Both the position numbers and the translations under genes were made by a program. The notes below the pieces were generated by a model. It saw only the letters and a program-made list of their open reading frames with translations. It ran no database searches and had not been told where the DNA came from. A DNA stretch of 20,763 nucleotides. It comes from Coleofasciculus sp. B1-GNL1-01 (GTDB lineage Bacteria; Cyanobacteriota; Cyanobacteriia; Cyanobacteriales; Coleofasciculaceae). Position 1 is the first letter of the stretch, and every line of letters starts with the position of its first letter. The stretch is from NCBI GenBank assembly GCA_040220235.1, contig JAVJTO010000008.1; one strand, 5' to 3'. Shown piece by piece: positions 1 to 10,814 of the stretch.

Positions 1-2
1 CT

Positions 3-1761
<1,759 letters not shown>

Positions 1762-1845
1762 GATTATTGTTTTACATTGCTTAATATATCTTAATATAAA
1801 ACGTTTTGTTTAAGGATAGCATCGATCATTGGACATCCCCATAGT

Positions 1846-2430
1846 CTATTTCTGATTATGCTGTTGCCAGTTTCCGCCGACGCGCCGCATCAGGTAAGCC
1901 ACACCAAAATCGCCATTTGGGTGTGCCGCTAATTTTTCCGCCAACTCAATCACCTGCGCCCCTAACTCACTCCCTAATTTTTCCGTCGTGGCTTGGCGTT
2001 CTTTTTGCCAAAGTTGCTGTTCTCGCGCCTTAGTCTGCCATTCGTTGGTAAAGAGTTGCTCAACTATGGTGTGGAGTCCCAACCTTTCTAGAATGTCCCA
2101 CTCCCCGTAATCGCACCAAATCCCGCGACAGTGAGAACACCGTTCCACATAAAAGGGAGTCTTGAGATTAACTTTAGCGCGAGAGAGATAGCGCTGGCAC
2201 TCTGGACATAATGCGGCTTTGGTATCGAAGGGGGACTTGACAAAATCCACGTTTAGCGCTTCAGGGGGAAGGTCAGGCATTTTCTGATCAGACGGTTGAC
2301 GTGCCTGCCATGCTTCATACTCTTTGGCAGGAATCCAGGTGCCTTTACACTCTTGGCAATACTTCACGGCAAACTGATGCTCTAAATAGCCGTCTAAGAG
2401 CGTTACTTTTCTACATTTAGGACATTGCAC
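1846..2430 (-). CDS. Protein with two zf-TFIIB-like zinc ribbons
   Basis: 194 aa, GTG start; four CxxC pairs (CPKC, CQEC, CPEC, CSHC), each ribbon followed by GxW. Confidence 0.8.
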   Translation of the reverse strand: MQCPKCRKVTLLDGYLEHQFAVKYCQECKGTWIPAKEYEAWQARQPSDQKMPDLPPEALNVDFVKSPFDTKAALCPECQRYLSRAKVNLKTPFYVERCSHCRGIWCDYGEWDILERLGLHTIVEQLFTNEWQTKAREQQLWQKERQATTEKLGSELGAQVIELAEKLAAHPNGDFGVAYLMRRVGGNWQQHNQK

Positions 2431-2544
2431 CGATTTTCTTCCTCAAAGCACCTGTAACTTATCCTAATTCGGCGAGAATACCTCAACCATGCCCTCGAAC
2501 GAAGTTTAGGGTCGAAACTCCCTCGACAGGACTGGACTGGAGCG

Positions 2545-2904
2545 TTACAGTTGAAGCATAGCACTACAGTATTGAATCAGGGTGTTCAGGCGATCGCAGA
2601 TAATAGCCACCCTAGACTGAACCGTTGCAGAATTTCGCGCCGCCTGCAACATTAGCATATCGGTTTCGAGTAGGCGCATCTGTCTATGGATTTCGGTTTG
2701 CCTAGACTGCCATGCTGATACGTGTTCCTGATTGACTTCATCGGGGTTGAGCGTGAGAATTCGTGCTTGAAAGAGCTGTTTCACCGCCTGGAAACGCTCC
2801 TGAATCTCAGTTTTGTCTAACTCGTGCTTCTGGATGCTTTTGTGCAGGTCGTCTAGGACGTGTTGAAAGTCCTGATAGGATTGCCGTTGGGAGGGGATTA
2901 ACAT
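2545..2904 (-). CDS. patD: PatD-like protein (heterocyst frequency control protein family)
   Basis: 119 aa helical protein with WQSxQTEIHRQMRLLETDMLMLQAAR motif; divergent from the RelA/SpoT gene, the usual cyanobacterial context of patD as recalled. Confidence 0.72.
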   Translation of the reverse strand: MLIPSQRQSYQDFQHVLDDLHKSIQKHELDKTEIQERFQAVKQLFQARILTLNPDEVNQEHVSAWQSRQTEIHRQMRLLETDMLMLQAARNSATVQSRVAIICDRLNTLIQYCSAMLQL

Positions 2905-3259
2905 TGTGAGACAGGTTAGTCTAGAATAAATGTAAAGAATCTTGTATTTTTATTTATAAATGCAAGGATTTACCACCAAGCTGAGGATCAGGTTTGGATC
3001 TGAACATCAGCTTGCATTCTCATAGCAGAGTAACCAATGTGAGGAGGAGCAGTTTAAGTAGTGTGGTACTGCCAAAACTGATGTCCCCTAAAACCTTGGC
3101 TGTTGGCTGTCTTAGCGACCTGCTATTGACCACCACCCGCAAAAATTCTAGCGTGTTGGCTTCAACCAAGTCCTTGGGTTATACAAGATTTCGCGGGAAA
3201 TGAAGCCGTGACAGAAGTGACCTGTTGCTTCTGTATCCGGTAACAAGGGTGGATATCTG

Positions 3260-3300
3260 GTAGTCCATGTTACTATTGCTCATCTAGGTCTGATTACTAT
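3260..3300 (+). promoter_or_regulatory. Putative NtcA-activated promoter upstream of the RelA/SpoT gene
   Basis: GTA-GTCCATGT-TAC (3260-3273), 21-nt spacer, then TACTAT (3295-3300); fits the GTAN8TAC-N~22-TAN3T consensus. Confidence 0.55.
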
Positions 3301-3432
3301 ACGGATAATCTAGGGAATTTTGACCCATTTCTGGAATTCACAAAAACCGATAACTATACCACTAAACAGAGATCTTACTGCCATTACCGTTTAACCATCC
3401 TTATTATTTATAGATCTGTCAGGGAAAGAATT

Positions 3433-5688
3433 ATGAGTGCCACTGTCCTAACCACCACCTATAACCTAGACGTTCCCGACTGGTTGCAGGACTGTTTATC
3501 AACAGCCTCTGCCACCTCTGATCCATCAACGCCGGATGACGCGGCGTTAGTGGTGCGGGCGTTTGAATTTGCGTATCAACTGCATTCGGAACAATATCGA
3601 GCCTCTGGAGAACCTTATATCGCCCATCCTGTCGCTGTTGCTGGCTTATTAAGAGATTTAGGCGGCAACAGTACCATGATGGCGGCTGGCTTACTCCATG
3701 ATGTGGTCGAAGATACGGATGTCACGCCAGACGAGATTGAATCAATTTTTGGTGCAGAGGTTCGCCATTTAGTGGAAGGCGTCACCAAACTCTCCAAATT
3801 TAACTTCTCCAGTAAAACCGAACGCCAAGCCGAGAACTTCCGCCGGATGTTCCTGGCTATGGCGAAGGATATCCGGGTGATTGTGGTCAAGTTAGCAGAC
3901 CGTCTGCATAATATGCGGACATTAGAACATCTTAAGCCACAAAAACAGCGGGCGATCGCCCAGGAAACCCGAGAGATTTTTGCCCCCTTAGCCAATCGCT
4001 TGGGGATTGGGCGGTTTAAGTGGGAGTTAGAAGATTTATCCTTTAAGTATCTTGAACCCAATGCTTATCGCAAAATACAGGAACTGGTTGCCGAACGGCG
4101 TCAAGACCGGGAGGAACGATTAACCCAGGTTTCGCAAATTCTGCGAGGGCGTCTCGATGAGATGGGCGTTCGATGTGTGGACTTGAATAGTCGTCCTAAG
4201 CATCTGTATGGAATTTATCAGAAGATGCAGCGTCGCAATAAGGAATTTCACGAAATTTATGATTTAGCGGCGATGCGGATCATCGTGGAGACCAACGAAG
4301 GGTGCTATCGGGCATTAGCGGTTGTCCATGATGCCTTTCGACCGATTCCAGGTCGATTTAAAGATTATATCGGCTTACCGAAACCCAATCGTTATCAGTC
4401 TCTACATACAGGCGTGATTGGCTTCCATGGGCGTCCCATCGAAGTGCAAATTCGCACCCTGGAAATGCATCGAATTGCCGAATATGGGATTGCTGCACAT
4501 TGGAAGTATAAAGAAACCGGGACATCTGATCCAACTCGGATTGGCGCAGACGATGACAAGTTTACCTGGTTGCGGCAGTTGCTGGAATGGCAGAATGACC
4601 TGAAAGACGCCCATGAGTATATCGAAAGTGTCAAAGATAATTTATTTGACGATGATGTCTACGTCTTTACCCCCGATGGAGATGTTGTGGCGCTGAGTCG
4701 GGACGCAACGCCGATAGATTTTGCCTATCGGATTCACACTGAGATTGGGAATCACTGTGCTGGGGTGAGAATTAATGGTCAGTGGCGAGTCCTGGATACG
4801 CCGTTAAAAAATGGGGATATTGTGGAAATTATCACCCAGAAAAATAGTCACCCCAGTTTAGACTGGTTGAACTTCGTCGTCACGCCCAGTGCCAGAAATC
4901 GGATTCGCCAATGGTACAAGCGATCGCACCGCGATGAAAATGTGGCACGAGGTCGAGAATTACTGGAGAAGGAATTGGGTAAAAATGGATTTGAATCCTT
5001 GCTCAAATCCGAACCCATGCAGTCTGTCGCCGAACGCTGTAATTATCAGAATGCGGAAGATTTACTGGCGGCATTAGGGTATGGAGAAGTCACCCTGAAT
5101 TTAGTGGTCAATCGGTTGCGCGATGCAGTAAAAGCTACACAACCCCTTGAAACCGAACCTGAAGAAATCGAAGATTTACTGCCATCGTTACCGACGGCGA
5201 GGGAAACAAGTGATCAGTGGACGATTAAAGGCGAACCCATTGCAGGCGTAGAGGGATTGATGCATCGGATTGCTGGGTGTTGCAACCCAGTTCCTGGCGA
5301 ACCTATTTTGGGTGTCGTCACCCGATTGCGGGGAATCTCGATTCATCGTCAAGGCTGTCCCAATGTGGAAAATATTGAGGGAGACCGATTAGTTCCGGTG
5401 AATTGGAATCCGACGGATCAAGAGAGTGGGCGTCGGCAAACCTATCCGGTTAATATTCAAATTGAAGTATTGGATCGGGTCGGGGTGTTAAAGGATATTC
5501 TCTCCCGCTTAAGTGATCATCATATCAATGTGCGGAAAGCTCAGGTGAAAACTCAAGACGGTAAACCTGCGTTGATTGATTTGTGCATCGATATTCGGGA
5601 TTACGGACAATTGCAGCAAAGTTTTGCTCAAATTAAAAAGATGAGCGATATTTTGAATCTGCGGCGAATCAGCGATATTAATGAATGA
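3433..5688 (+). CDS. spoT: Long bifunctional (p)ppGpp synthetase/hydrolase (RelA/SpoT homolog, Rel)
   Basis: 751 aa; intact HD hydrolase motifs (SGEPYIAHP, LLHDVVED, KLADRLHNMRTL), synthetase motifs (RPKHLY, YQSLHT, EVQIRT), TGS (DFAYRIHTEIG), CCNPVPG and C-terminal ACT domain. Confidence 0.96.
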   Translation: MSATVLTTTYNLDVPDWLQDCLSTASATSDPSTPDDAALVVRAFEFAYQLHSEQYRASGEPYIAHPVAVAGLLRDLGGNSTMMAAGLLHDVVEDTDVTPDEIESIFGAEVRHLVEGVTKLSKFNFSSKTERQAENFRRMFLAMAKDIRVIVVKLADRLHNMRTLEHLKPQKQRAIAQETREIFAPLANRLGIGRFKWELEDLSFKYLEPNAYRKIQELVAERRQDREERLTQVSQILRGRLDEMGVRCVDLNSRPKHLYGIYQKMQRRNKEFHEIYDLAAMRIIVETNEGCYRALAVVHDAFRPIPGRFKDYIGLPKPNRYQSLHTGVIGFHGRPIEVQIRTLEMHRIAEYGIAAHWKYKETGTSDPTRIGADDDKFTWLRQLLEWQNDLKDAHEYIESVKDNLFDDDVYVFTPDGDVVALSRDATPIDFAYRIHTEIGNHCAGVRINGQWRVLDTPLKNGDIVEIITQKNSHPSLDWLNFVVTPSARNRIRQWYKRSHRDENVARGRELLEKELGKNGFESLLKSEPMQSVAERCNYQNAEDLLAALGYGEVTLNLVVNRLRDAVKATQPLETEPEEIEDLLPSLPTARETSDQWTIKGEPIAGVEGLMHRIAGCCNPVPGEPILGVVTRLRGISIHRQGCPNVENIEGDRLVPVNWNPTDQESGRRQTYPVNIQIEVLDRVGVLKDILSRLSDHHINVRKAQVKTQDGKPALIDLCIDIRDYGQLQQSFAQIKKMSDILNLRRISDINE

Positions 5689-5795
5689 ACTGGGTAAACT
5701 TGTTGTCCTAATTGTGAATCTGCGGTGAATCAGTGATATTAATGTATTAATGATATCTTTCCTGATTCCCCGCCTGTACATCGATTCTCCAGGAA

Positions 5796-6836
5796 ATGCC
5801 CATGCAACCAGCCTCTCTACCCCTAAAGCTCGCGCTTGCCAGCACGGCGGCGGTAGGCGTCACTCTTTCTCTGGTCAATCAAGCGATCGCGGCTAGCCTC
5901 TTCGTGGGCAGCTTCAATACGAATTCAGTGCTTGAGTTTGATGCCCAAACAGGAGCTTTTATCGATACAGTTGTTGACTCAGGAAGCGGCGGTTTACAGG
6001 GTCCGGTCGGTTTGACTTTTAGTCCAGAAGACAACAATCTCTACGTTGTCAGCCTCCTCACTGAGGATACACCACCTGGGCAAGTCCTTCAGTATGACGG
6101 GCAATCGGGCGCATTCATTCAGCCCTTCACCTCAGCGGTTCCGCCCTTGATTTTTCCCCAAGATCTAGCGTTCGGATCGGATGGTAGTCTGTTTGTTGCC
6201 AACACAGGACTTGATACCATTGCCCAATATGACGGACAGACGGGAACCTTTATCGGGAATCTGTTTTCAGTAGACAGTTCTGCTTGCGATGCACCGTTTA
6301 GCATCACTGCCGATGAGGATGCAGTTCTCTACTTCAGTTGTACCTTTACGAACAATGTGCAGCGTTACGATCTAACCACGGGTCAGGTGGCATTACTGGG
6401 CAGTGCAAGTTCTGAAAATGCTGCACCAGGGGGTCTGAGCTTGGGACCTGACGGGGCGCTTTATGTGGCTAATTTCGCTGCCAATACGATTGATCGATAT
6501 GACCTGGAGACTGGAACCGTTGAAGTTTTTATTGATGAAGTGGAGAGTCCTGTTCAACCTGTCTTCGGACCCAACGGTGATCTGTATGTCAGTAGTAATC
6601 CCACCCAAAAAATTGGTGAACCTGTTCCAGGAAAAGTATTACGCTACGACGGTCAAACCGGGAGTTTGATTGATGATGAGTTTATCCCATCCCTAGCTGG
6701 GGGCTTAGACGGAGCGGGTTGGATAGCTTTCGCAGATGAAGAAGCTGTCCAGACGCCTGAACCTGGTGTGTTGCTGGGACTACTCATGCTGGGGATCAGC
6801 GGAGTTGCGTACCGTCACCACCGTCAAACTGATTAG
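5796..6836 (+). CDS. PEP-CTERM-sorted secreted beta-propeller protein (NHL/Vgb-like repeats)
   Basis: Signal peptide ending AIA; repeated YDGQTG / GPDGxLYV blades; C-terminal TPEP, hydrophobic helix and basic tail (RHHR). Start may be 5802. Confidence 0.85.
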   Translation: MPMQPASLPLKLALASTAAVGVTLSLVNQAIAASLFVGSFNTNSVLEFDAQTGAFIDTVVDSGSGGLQGPVGLTFSPEDNNLYVVSLLTEDTPPGQVLQYDGQSGAFIQPFTSAVPPLIFPQDLAFGSDGSLFVANTGLDTIAQYDGQTGTFIGNLFSVDSSACDAPFSITADEDAVLYFSCTFTNNVQRYDLTTGQVALLGSASSENAAPGGLSLGPDGALYVANFAANTIDRYDLETGTVEVFIDEVESPVQPVFGPNGDLYVSSNPTQKIGEPVPGKVLRYDGQTGSLIDDEFIPSLAGGLDGAGWIAFADEEAVQTPEPGVLLGLLMLGISGVAYRHHRQTD

Positions 6837-7564
6837 GATAGAGTGTTGGGATCAATGCCCAACTCTTGTAATTTCGCCATTAACCCCTGATTACGTTGCC
6901 GTTCTTCCTCTAGCTGATTTGCGATCGCATCAGCCCGTTGGCGTTCTTGTTCGGCTTGTTCTGAACTCCACGATAATAGGTTTCCCGACTCGTCCCACCA
7001 GCGTAACCAGGGGATGGTTAAGCCTAATCGAGTGCCATGCCAGATGCCTAAAAATAGTTCTAATTCAGGAATCCAGTAGCGTCCTTCTTCTGTGGGTTGT
7101 TGCACTACGTATTGATTATCTTGTAATTGGCGGACTTCTAAGACTACGGCTAGGGACTCAAAGATCACATAGGTAGGAACTTTGAGAATTTTCTCATAGA
7201 AAAATAACTTCCCATAAGGGAAACTGGGTCGTATGGAGTATTCTCCCGCTTCAGTGTCTGACAAAAACTCCATCACCACCCCAACTGGATTGCCTTCCAG
7301 ATTGGGTGTATAGCGGCGGCGAATTTCTCCTTCTGGAACGGGTAATACCTGGGGTACATACAGCCAGTCTGGCGCCTTGATCACGATGTTCCCATTAACT
7401 GCCCCCACAAGCCCGAAATTGGAGGCGATTAACATTTGTGAATTCAGGCGATTGGCTGCACCTAAAGCGTCTGTTAGGGCGGCGGCGAGGAACGGTTCTT
7501 GAAGATTTCCCACAGACTCATCGGACATAGGATAGTGTTCAGTGTGACTACAGCTTTCTTTCAT
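6833..7564 (-). CDS. Uma2/DUF820 family PD-(D/E)XK-like putative endonuclease, copy 1
   Basis: KAPDWLYVP...VMEFLS...GKLFFYEKILKVPTYVIF...WLRWWD; coiled-coil tail ending LQELGIDP. Start uncertain. Confidence 0.88.
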   Translation of the reverse strand: MKESCSHTEHYPMSDESVGNLQEPFLAAALTDALGAANRLNSQMLIASNFGLVGAVNGNIVIKAPDWLYVPQVLPVPEGEIRRRYTPNLEGNPVGVVMEFLSDTEAGEYSIRPSFPYGKLFFYEKILKVPTYVIFESLAVVLEVRQLQDNQYVVQQPTEEGRYWIPELELFLGIWHGTRLGLTIPWLRWWDESGNLLSWSSEQAEQERQRADAIANQLEEERQRNQGLMAKLQELGIDPNTLS

Positions 7565-7631
7565 CCTACCGACTCAGGGCGATCGCCGATTCAGGGAATT
7601 TGCTCACCAGCCGATATACTGAATTGATAGG

Positions 7632-8510
7632 TTAGGACAAGGTGTTGGGATCAATACCCAACTCTTGCAATTTTGCTATCAACGCCTGATTACGTTGCCG
7701 TTCTTGCTCTAGGTTATTGGTTAGAGCGTCAGCACGTTGGCGTTCTTGTTCGGCACGTTGGCGTTCTTGTTCAGCGCGTTGGCGTTCTTGTTCAGCGCGT
7801 TGGTGTTCTTGTTCAGCACGTTGGTGTTCTTGTTCAGCACGTTGGCGTTCTTGTTCAGCTTGTTCTGAACTCCACAATAACAGGTTTCCCGACTCATCCC
7901 ACCAGCGTAACCAATTGCTGGTTAAGCCTAATCGGGTGCCATACCAGATGCCTAAAAATAGTTCTAATTCAGGAATCCAGTAGCGTCCTTCCTCTGTGGG
8001 TTGTTGCAATATATATTGATTATTTTGCAATCGGTGAACTTCTAGAATTGGTGCTAGGGGATTAAAAATCACATAGGTGGGAACGTGGAGAATTTGCTCA
8101 TAGAAGTAGAACTTCCCATAGGGAAATGTTGATCGTACTGAGTATTCTCCCGTTTCAGTTTCTGATAAAAACTCCATGACGACGCTAACTGGACTCCCTT
8201 CGAGATTGGGGGTATAGCTGCGGCGAATTACGCCTTCTGCAACCGGGAATACCTGGGGTACATACAGCCAGTCTGGTGCTTTGACGACAATTTTCTGATC
8301 CACCGTCGTGACGAGACCAAAATTGGAGGCGATTAACATTTGCGAATTCAGGCGATTGGCTGCACCTAAAGCGTCTGTCAGGGCGGCGGCGAGGGGCGGT
8401 TGTAGAATGTTTTCCACGGGATCATCGGGCAAAATGAAATCGTCGGGAAGCTTTTCCCAGGTGACAAGGGGTTCTTGGCGTTTGGCGGAGGTTGGAGTTT
8501 GCAGAACCAT
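7632..8510 (-). CDS. Uma2/DUF820 family putative endonuclease, copy 2
   Basis: Same motifs as copy 1, plus typical N-terminus VTWEKLPDDFILPDDPVEN. The ATG at 8510 (MVLQTP) is preferred over the ORF-track start at 8594. Confidence 0.9.
   Translation of the reverse strand: MVLQTPTSAKRQEPLVTWEKLPDDFILPDDPVENILQPPLAAALTDALGAANRLNSQMLIASNFGLVTTVDQKIVVKAPDWLYVPQVFPVAEGVIRRSYTPNLEGSPVSVVMEFLSETETGEYSVRSTFPYGKFYFYEQILHVPTYVIFNPLAPILEVHRLQNNQYILQQPTEEGRYWIPELELFLGIWYGTRLGLTSNWLRWWDESGNLLLWSSEQAEQERQRAEQEHQRAEQEHQRAEQERQRAEQERQRAEQERQRADALTNNLEQERQRNQALIAKLQELGIDPNTLS
7734..7859 (-). repeat. Six in-frame 21-bp repeats encoding AEQE(R/H)QR heptads
   Basis: Read directly in DNA and protein; the paralog has only one unit. 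Confidence 0.95.
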
Positions 8511-8658
8511 CTGAGATTGTTTAACCTTGGCGGTTGCTATGTCTTCTAGCGCTAAAGCGCCGACTACGAACGAACAAATGGTGCGATCGCACATTCAGCA
8601 ATAGTCCCGATAAATTAAATCTTACCGCTTGCCTGCCCGTTACAATCAACAATGAACC

Positions 8659-9432
8659 ATGAACCATGACCATTCAACCATGTACCCATTTCGGCTTTGT
8701 GCGATCGCGTTGCTTCTTTGTATTACTTTATTCGGCACTTCTCTACCCGTTCAAGCTGCTAGTCAAGTGAGTCCCAAATTAGAAGAACAAGTGTTGCAAG
8801 TGATTCGCGAACACCCAGAAGTTATTCTGGAATCCGTTCAGGCGTATCAGCAACGTGTCCAACAGCAACTCCAACAAGCCCAGCAAGCGTTTGTTCAGGA
8901 ACTTAAAACCAATCCTCAAGCCGTTATTGGAGAATCACCGACAACAGGGGCGTCTCAGTCCAAGATTGTCATGGTCGAGTTTTCTGATTTTCAATGTCCC
9001 TATTGTGGCAGGGCGCATAAAACGGTGCAACGGTTTATGGCAAAGCATCAGAATCAGGTGACGTTGACGTATAAACATTACCCTTTAGCCTCAATTCATC
9101 CCCAAGCTATCTCAGCCGCGAAAGCAGCATGGGCGGCGTTTCAACAGGGGAAGTTTTGGGAGTATCATGATGTGCTGTTTACTCAGCAAGAAAAACTGGG
9201 GGAGTCGTTTTATATTGAAACAGCCAAGAACTTAAATTTAGATGTAGACCAATTTAATCGCGATCGCAATAGCCAAGCCGCAGAAAAGGCGATTAGTCAA
9301 GATATTCAGCTAGCAGAGAGTTTAGGAATTACTGGAACTCCCTTTTTCGTTATGAATGGGGAGGTGTTTACTGGGGCGATAGAACTAGAGGAGATGGAGA
9401 AACGGTTCACTCGTGTCAAACAGTCGTTATAA
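8659..9432 (+). CDS. DsbA-family thiol-disulfide oxidoreductase (Com1-like)
   Basis: Signal peptide, EFSDFQCPYC active site and GITGTP cis-Pro loop. True start may be 8680 because the upstream ATGs lie in an ATGAACC heptamer repeat. Confidence 0.92.
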   Translation: MNHDHSTMYPFRLCAIALLLCITLFGTSLPVQAASQVSPKLEEQVLQVIREHPEVILESVQAYQQRVQQQLQQAQQAFVQELKTNPQAVIGESPTTGASQSKIVMVEFSDFQCPYCGRAHKTVQRFMAKHQNQVTLTYKHYPLASIHPQAISAAKAAWAAFQQGKFWEYHDVLFTQQEKLGESFYIETAKNLNLDVDQFNRDRNSQAAEKAISQDIQLAESLGITGTPFFVMNGEVFTGAIELEEMEKRFTRVKQSL

Positions 9433-9710
9433 GTAGTCCCGCACCTCAATTCCCAACGGCTGATCCTTTTACCCGCCACGCCACCCAGCAGCAAATCCTA
9501 GAAATTAGCTTGACTGCTTAGATTAACGGGTTCGGTAGAATAGCTAGTTGAGTAGAGATCCCCCCTAGCCCCCCTTCAACTATGCATTAGTCACATCTTT
9601 CTTAACAAAATCTGACTTGACACAAGTAGCAGTAGAGTGAGAAAGCTGAAGGGGTGACAAGCAGCTCAAAAGCTAAGAGACAAAGCATTTCCCACCTCAA
9701 GCCTCAAAAT

Positions 9711-9746
9711 TCGACTTCGCTCAGGGTCAGCACCGAGCGAAGTCGA
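9711..9746. repeat. REP-like hairpin TCGACTTCGCTC-N12-GAGCGAAGTCGA
   Basis: Perfect 12-bp inverted repeat. Confidence 0.8.
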
Positions 9747-9750
9747 GGTG

Positions 9751-10188
9751 CTGAAATTGGACTGAAAGTGGGTGAAGTCATCAACAAGTATGGTGTAGCA
9801 AAACATTTCTATCATCGTAACAGTGATAGAGTCAAAGCTCATGTATTCTTATGTATGTTGGCGTACTATGTAGAATGGCATATGCGTCGATGCGAGAGCT
9901 CCTATTCTTTTCGATGAAGATGACTGGGACAATGCCCTTGAGTTACGCGAAGGAATTGTGAAGCATTCGACGAAGAGCAATTCAGCTTCTTCCAAAGCCC
10001 AAAAGAAGCGGACAGCCGATAACTTACCTGTGCATAGCTTTCAAACCCTGTTAGCTGATTTGGGAACAATTGTTAACAATCGAATTCAGTCTAATATCCC
10101 AGGTGTAAATTTCGACTTTGACAAGGTAACCGAACCGACTCCGGTACAAAGAAAGGCTTTAGATTTGTTGGGTGTCAGCCTGATTTGA
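9751..10188 (+). pseudogene. IS1634-like transposase C-terminal fragment, frameshifted and internally deleted
   Basis: IGLKVGEVINKYGVAKHF joined directly to YHRNSDRVKAHVFLCMLAYYVEWHMR. Frameshift near 9895 into APILFDEDD...PVHSFQTLLADLGTI...TEPTPVQRKALDLLGV. N-terminus absent. Confidence 0.8.
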
Positions 10189-10267
10189 CAAGAGTGAAGC
10201 CGAAAGACAAATCGCCTTAAGCCTCGATATGCATAGAGTGTAGCGATTTTTCAAAGGGGAACTTCAG

Positions 10268-10287
10268 TTTAAATGCCGAACAGCTTA
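10268..10287 (-). repeat. Isolated terminus of the 128-bp MITE family
   Basis: TTTAAATGCCGAACAGCTTA is the exact reverse complement of 12634-12653. Confidence 0.85.
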
Positions 10288-10315
10288 TATTAAAACCTCA
10301 TATAATCTGATTTTA

Positions 10316-10615
10316 TATTTGCAAGATTGAAAAGCTTATTATACCACTATTGTTGCGAACAAGCAAAATTTTCAAACCTGCTTAAATTACTTGCTCACAT
10401 CCGGTGACACACTGAAAACATGGTCAGCCTTTGCGGAGAAAACCTGACCCCGTTATCTCACTCAAATTCAAACCTATATTGATTATGTTGAACCCGGGAA
10501 AGACCTGTTTAGCGACTTGATCAACACTATACGAGCAACCGCAGCCATAGAACAGTCTAAACGCGAAAAAGAATTACAAGACAATATCCAGGCAGTTGGT
10601 GTTGGAATTGCTTAA
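10316..10615 (+). pseudogene. Fragment of a hypothetical-protein gene with two in-frame stops
   Basis: One frame reads YLQD*KAYYTTIVANKQNFQTCL...EKT*PRYLTQIQTYIDYVEPGKDLFSDLINTIRATAAIEQSKREKELQDNIQAVGVGIA*; TGA at 10328 and 10445. Confidence 0.55.
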
Positions 10616-10635
10616 ATTTTATTGGTACTGAATTT

Positions 10636-10666
10636 TGTTGGGTTTCCTACGTCAACCCAACCTACA
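10636..10666 (-). repeat. GTAG-type REP element (GTAGGTTGGGTT...AACCCAAC)
   Basis: GTTGGGTT/AACCCAAC stem preceded by GTAG on the minus strand. Confidence 0.75.
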
Positions 10667-10686
10667 ACTATATGGGAGAGATGGGG

Positions 10687-10814
10687 TAAGCTGTTCGGCA
10701 TTTCAACCTTAATATCAATAATGGCGAAATCCTTGTAGTGCGTTTAGCGAAGCCATGCCGCAGGCTTTGCATCTTGCTCGCTACTAATACCCAATTTAAA
10801 TGCATGACAGCTTA
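10687..10814 (+). mobile_element. 128-bp MITE-like element, copy A
   Basis: 20-bp imperfect terminal inverted repeats TAAGCTGT...ACAGCTTA with TA ends; 125/128 identical to copy B. Confidence 0.85.

Larger units (their letters stand above)
9578..10270 (+). mobile_element. Decayed IS1634-family-like element remnant (boundaries approximate)
   Basis: Contains C-terminal transposase motifs and ends in GGGGAACTTCAGTT, where it abuts a truncated MITE end. The left boundary is poorly defined. Confidence 0.65.

Noticed and set aside
2994..3203. 69-aa ORF between patD and rel
   Set aside because: TTG start, no recognisable motif or RBS; more likely regulatory DNA.
3615..7176. Antisense and alternate-frame ORFs inside rel, PEP-CTERM and Uma2 genes
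   Set aside because: Shadow ORFs of well-supported genes with no independent evidence.
7734..7859. Possible CRISPR array
   Set aside because: Contiguous 21-bp in-frame coding repeats without spacers; no cas genes.
8511..8594. Longer start for Uma2 copy 2
   Set aside because: The extension is not family-like and would occupy most of the divergent promoter region shared with the DsbA gene.
9617..9645. TTGACA -35 box near the IS remnant
   Set aside because: No -10 hexamer at 16-18 bp spacing.
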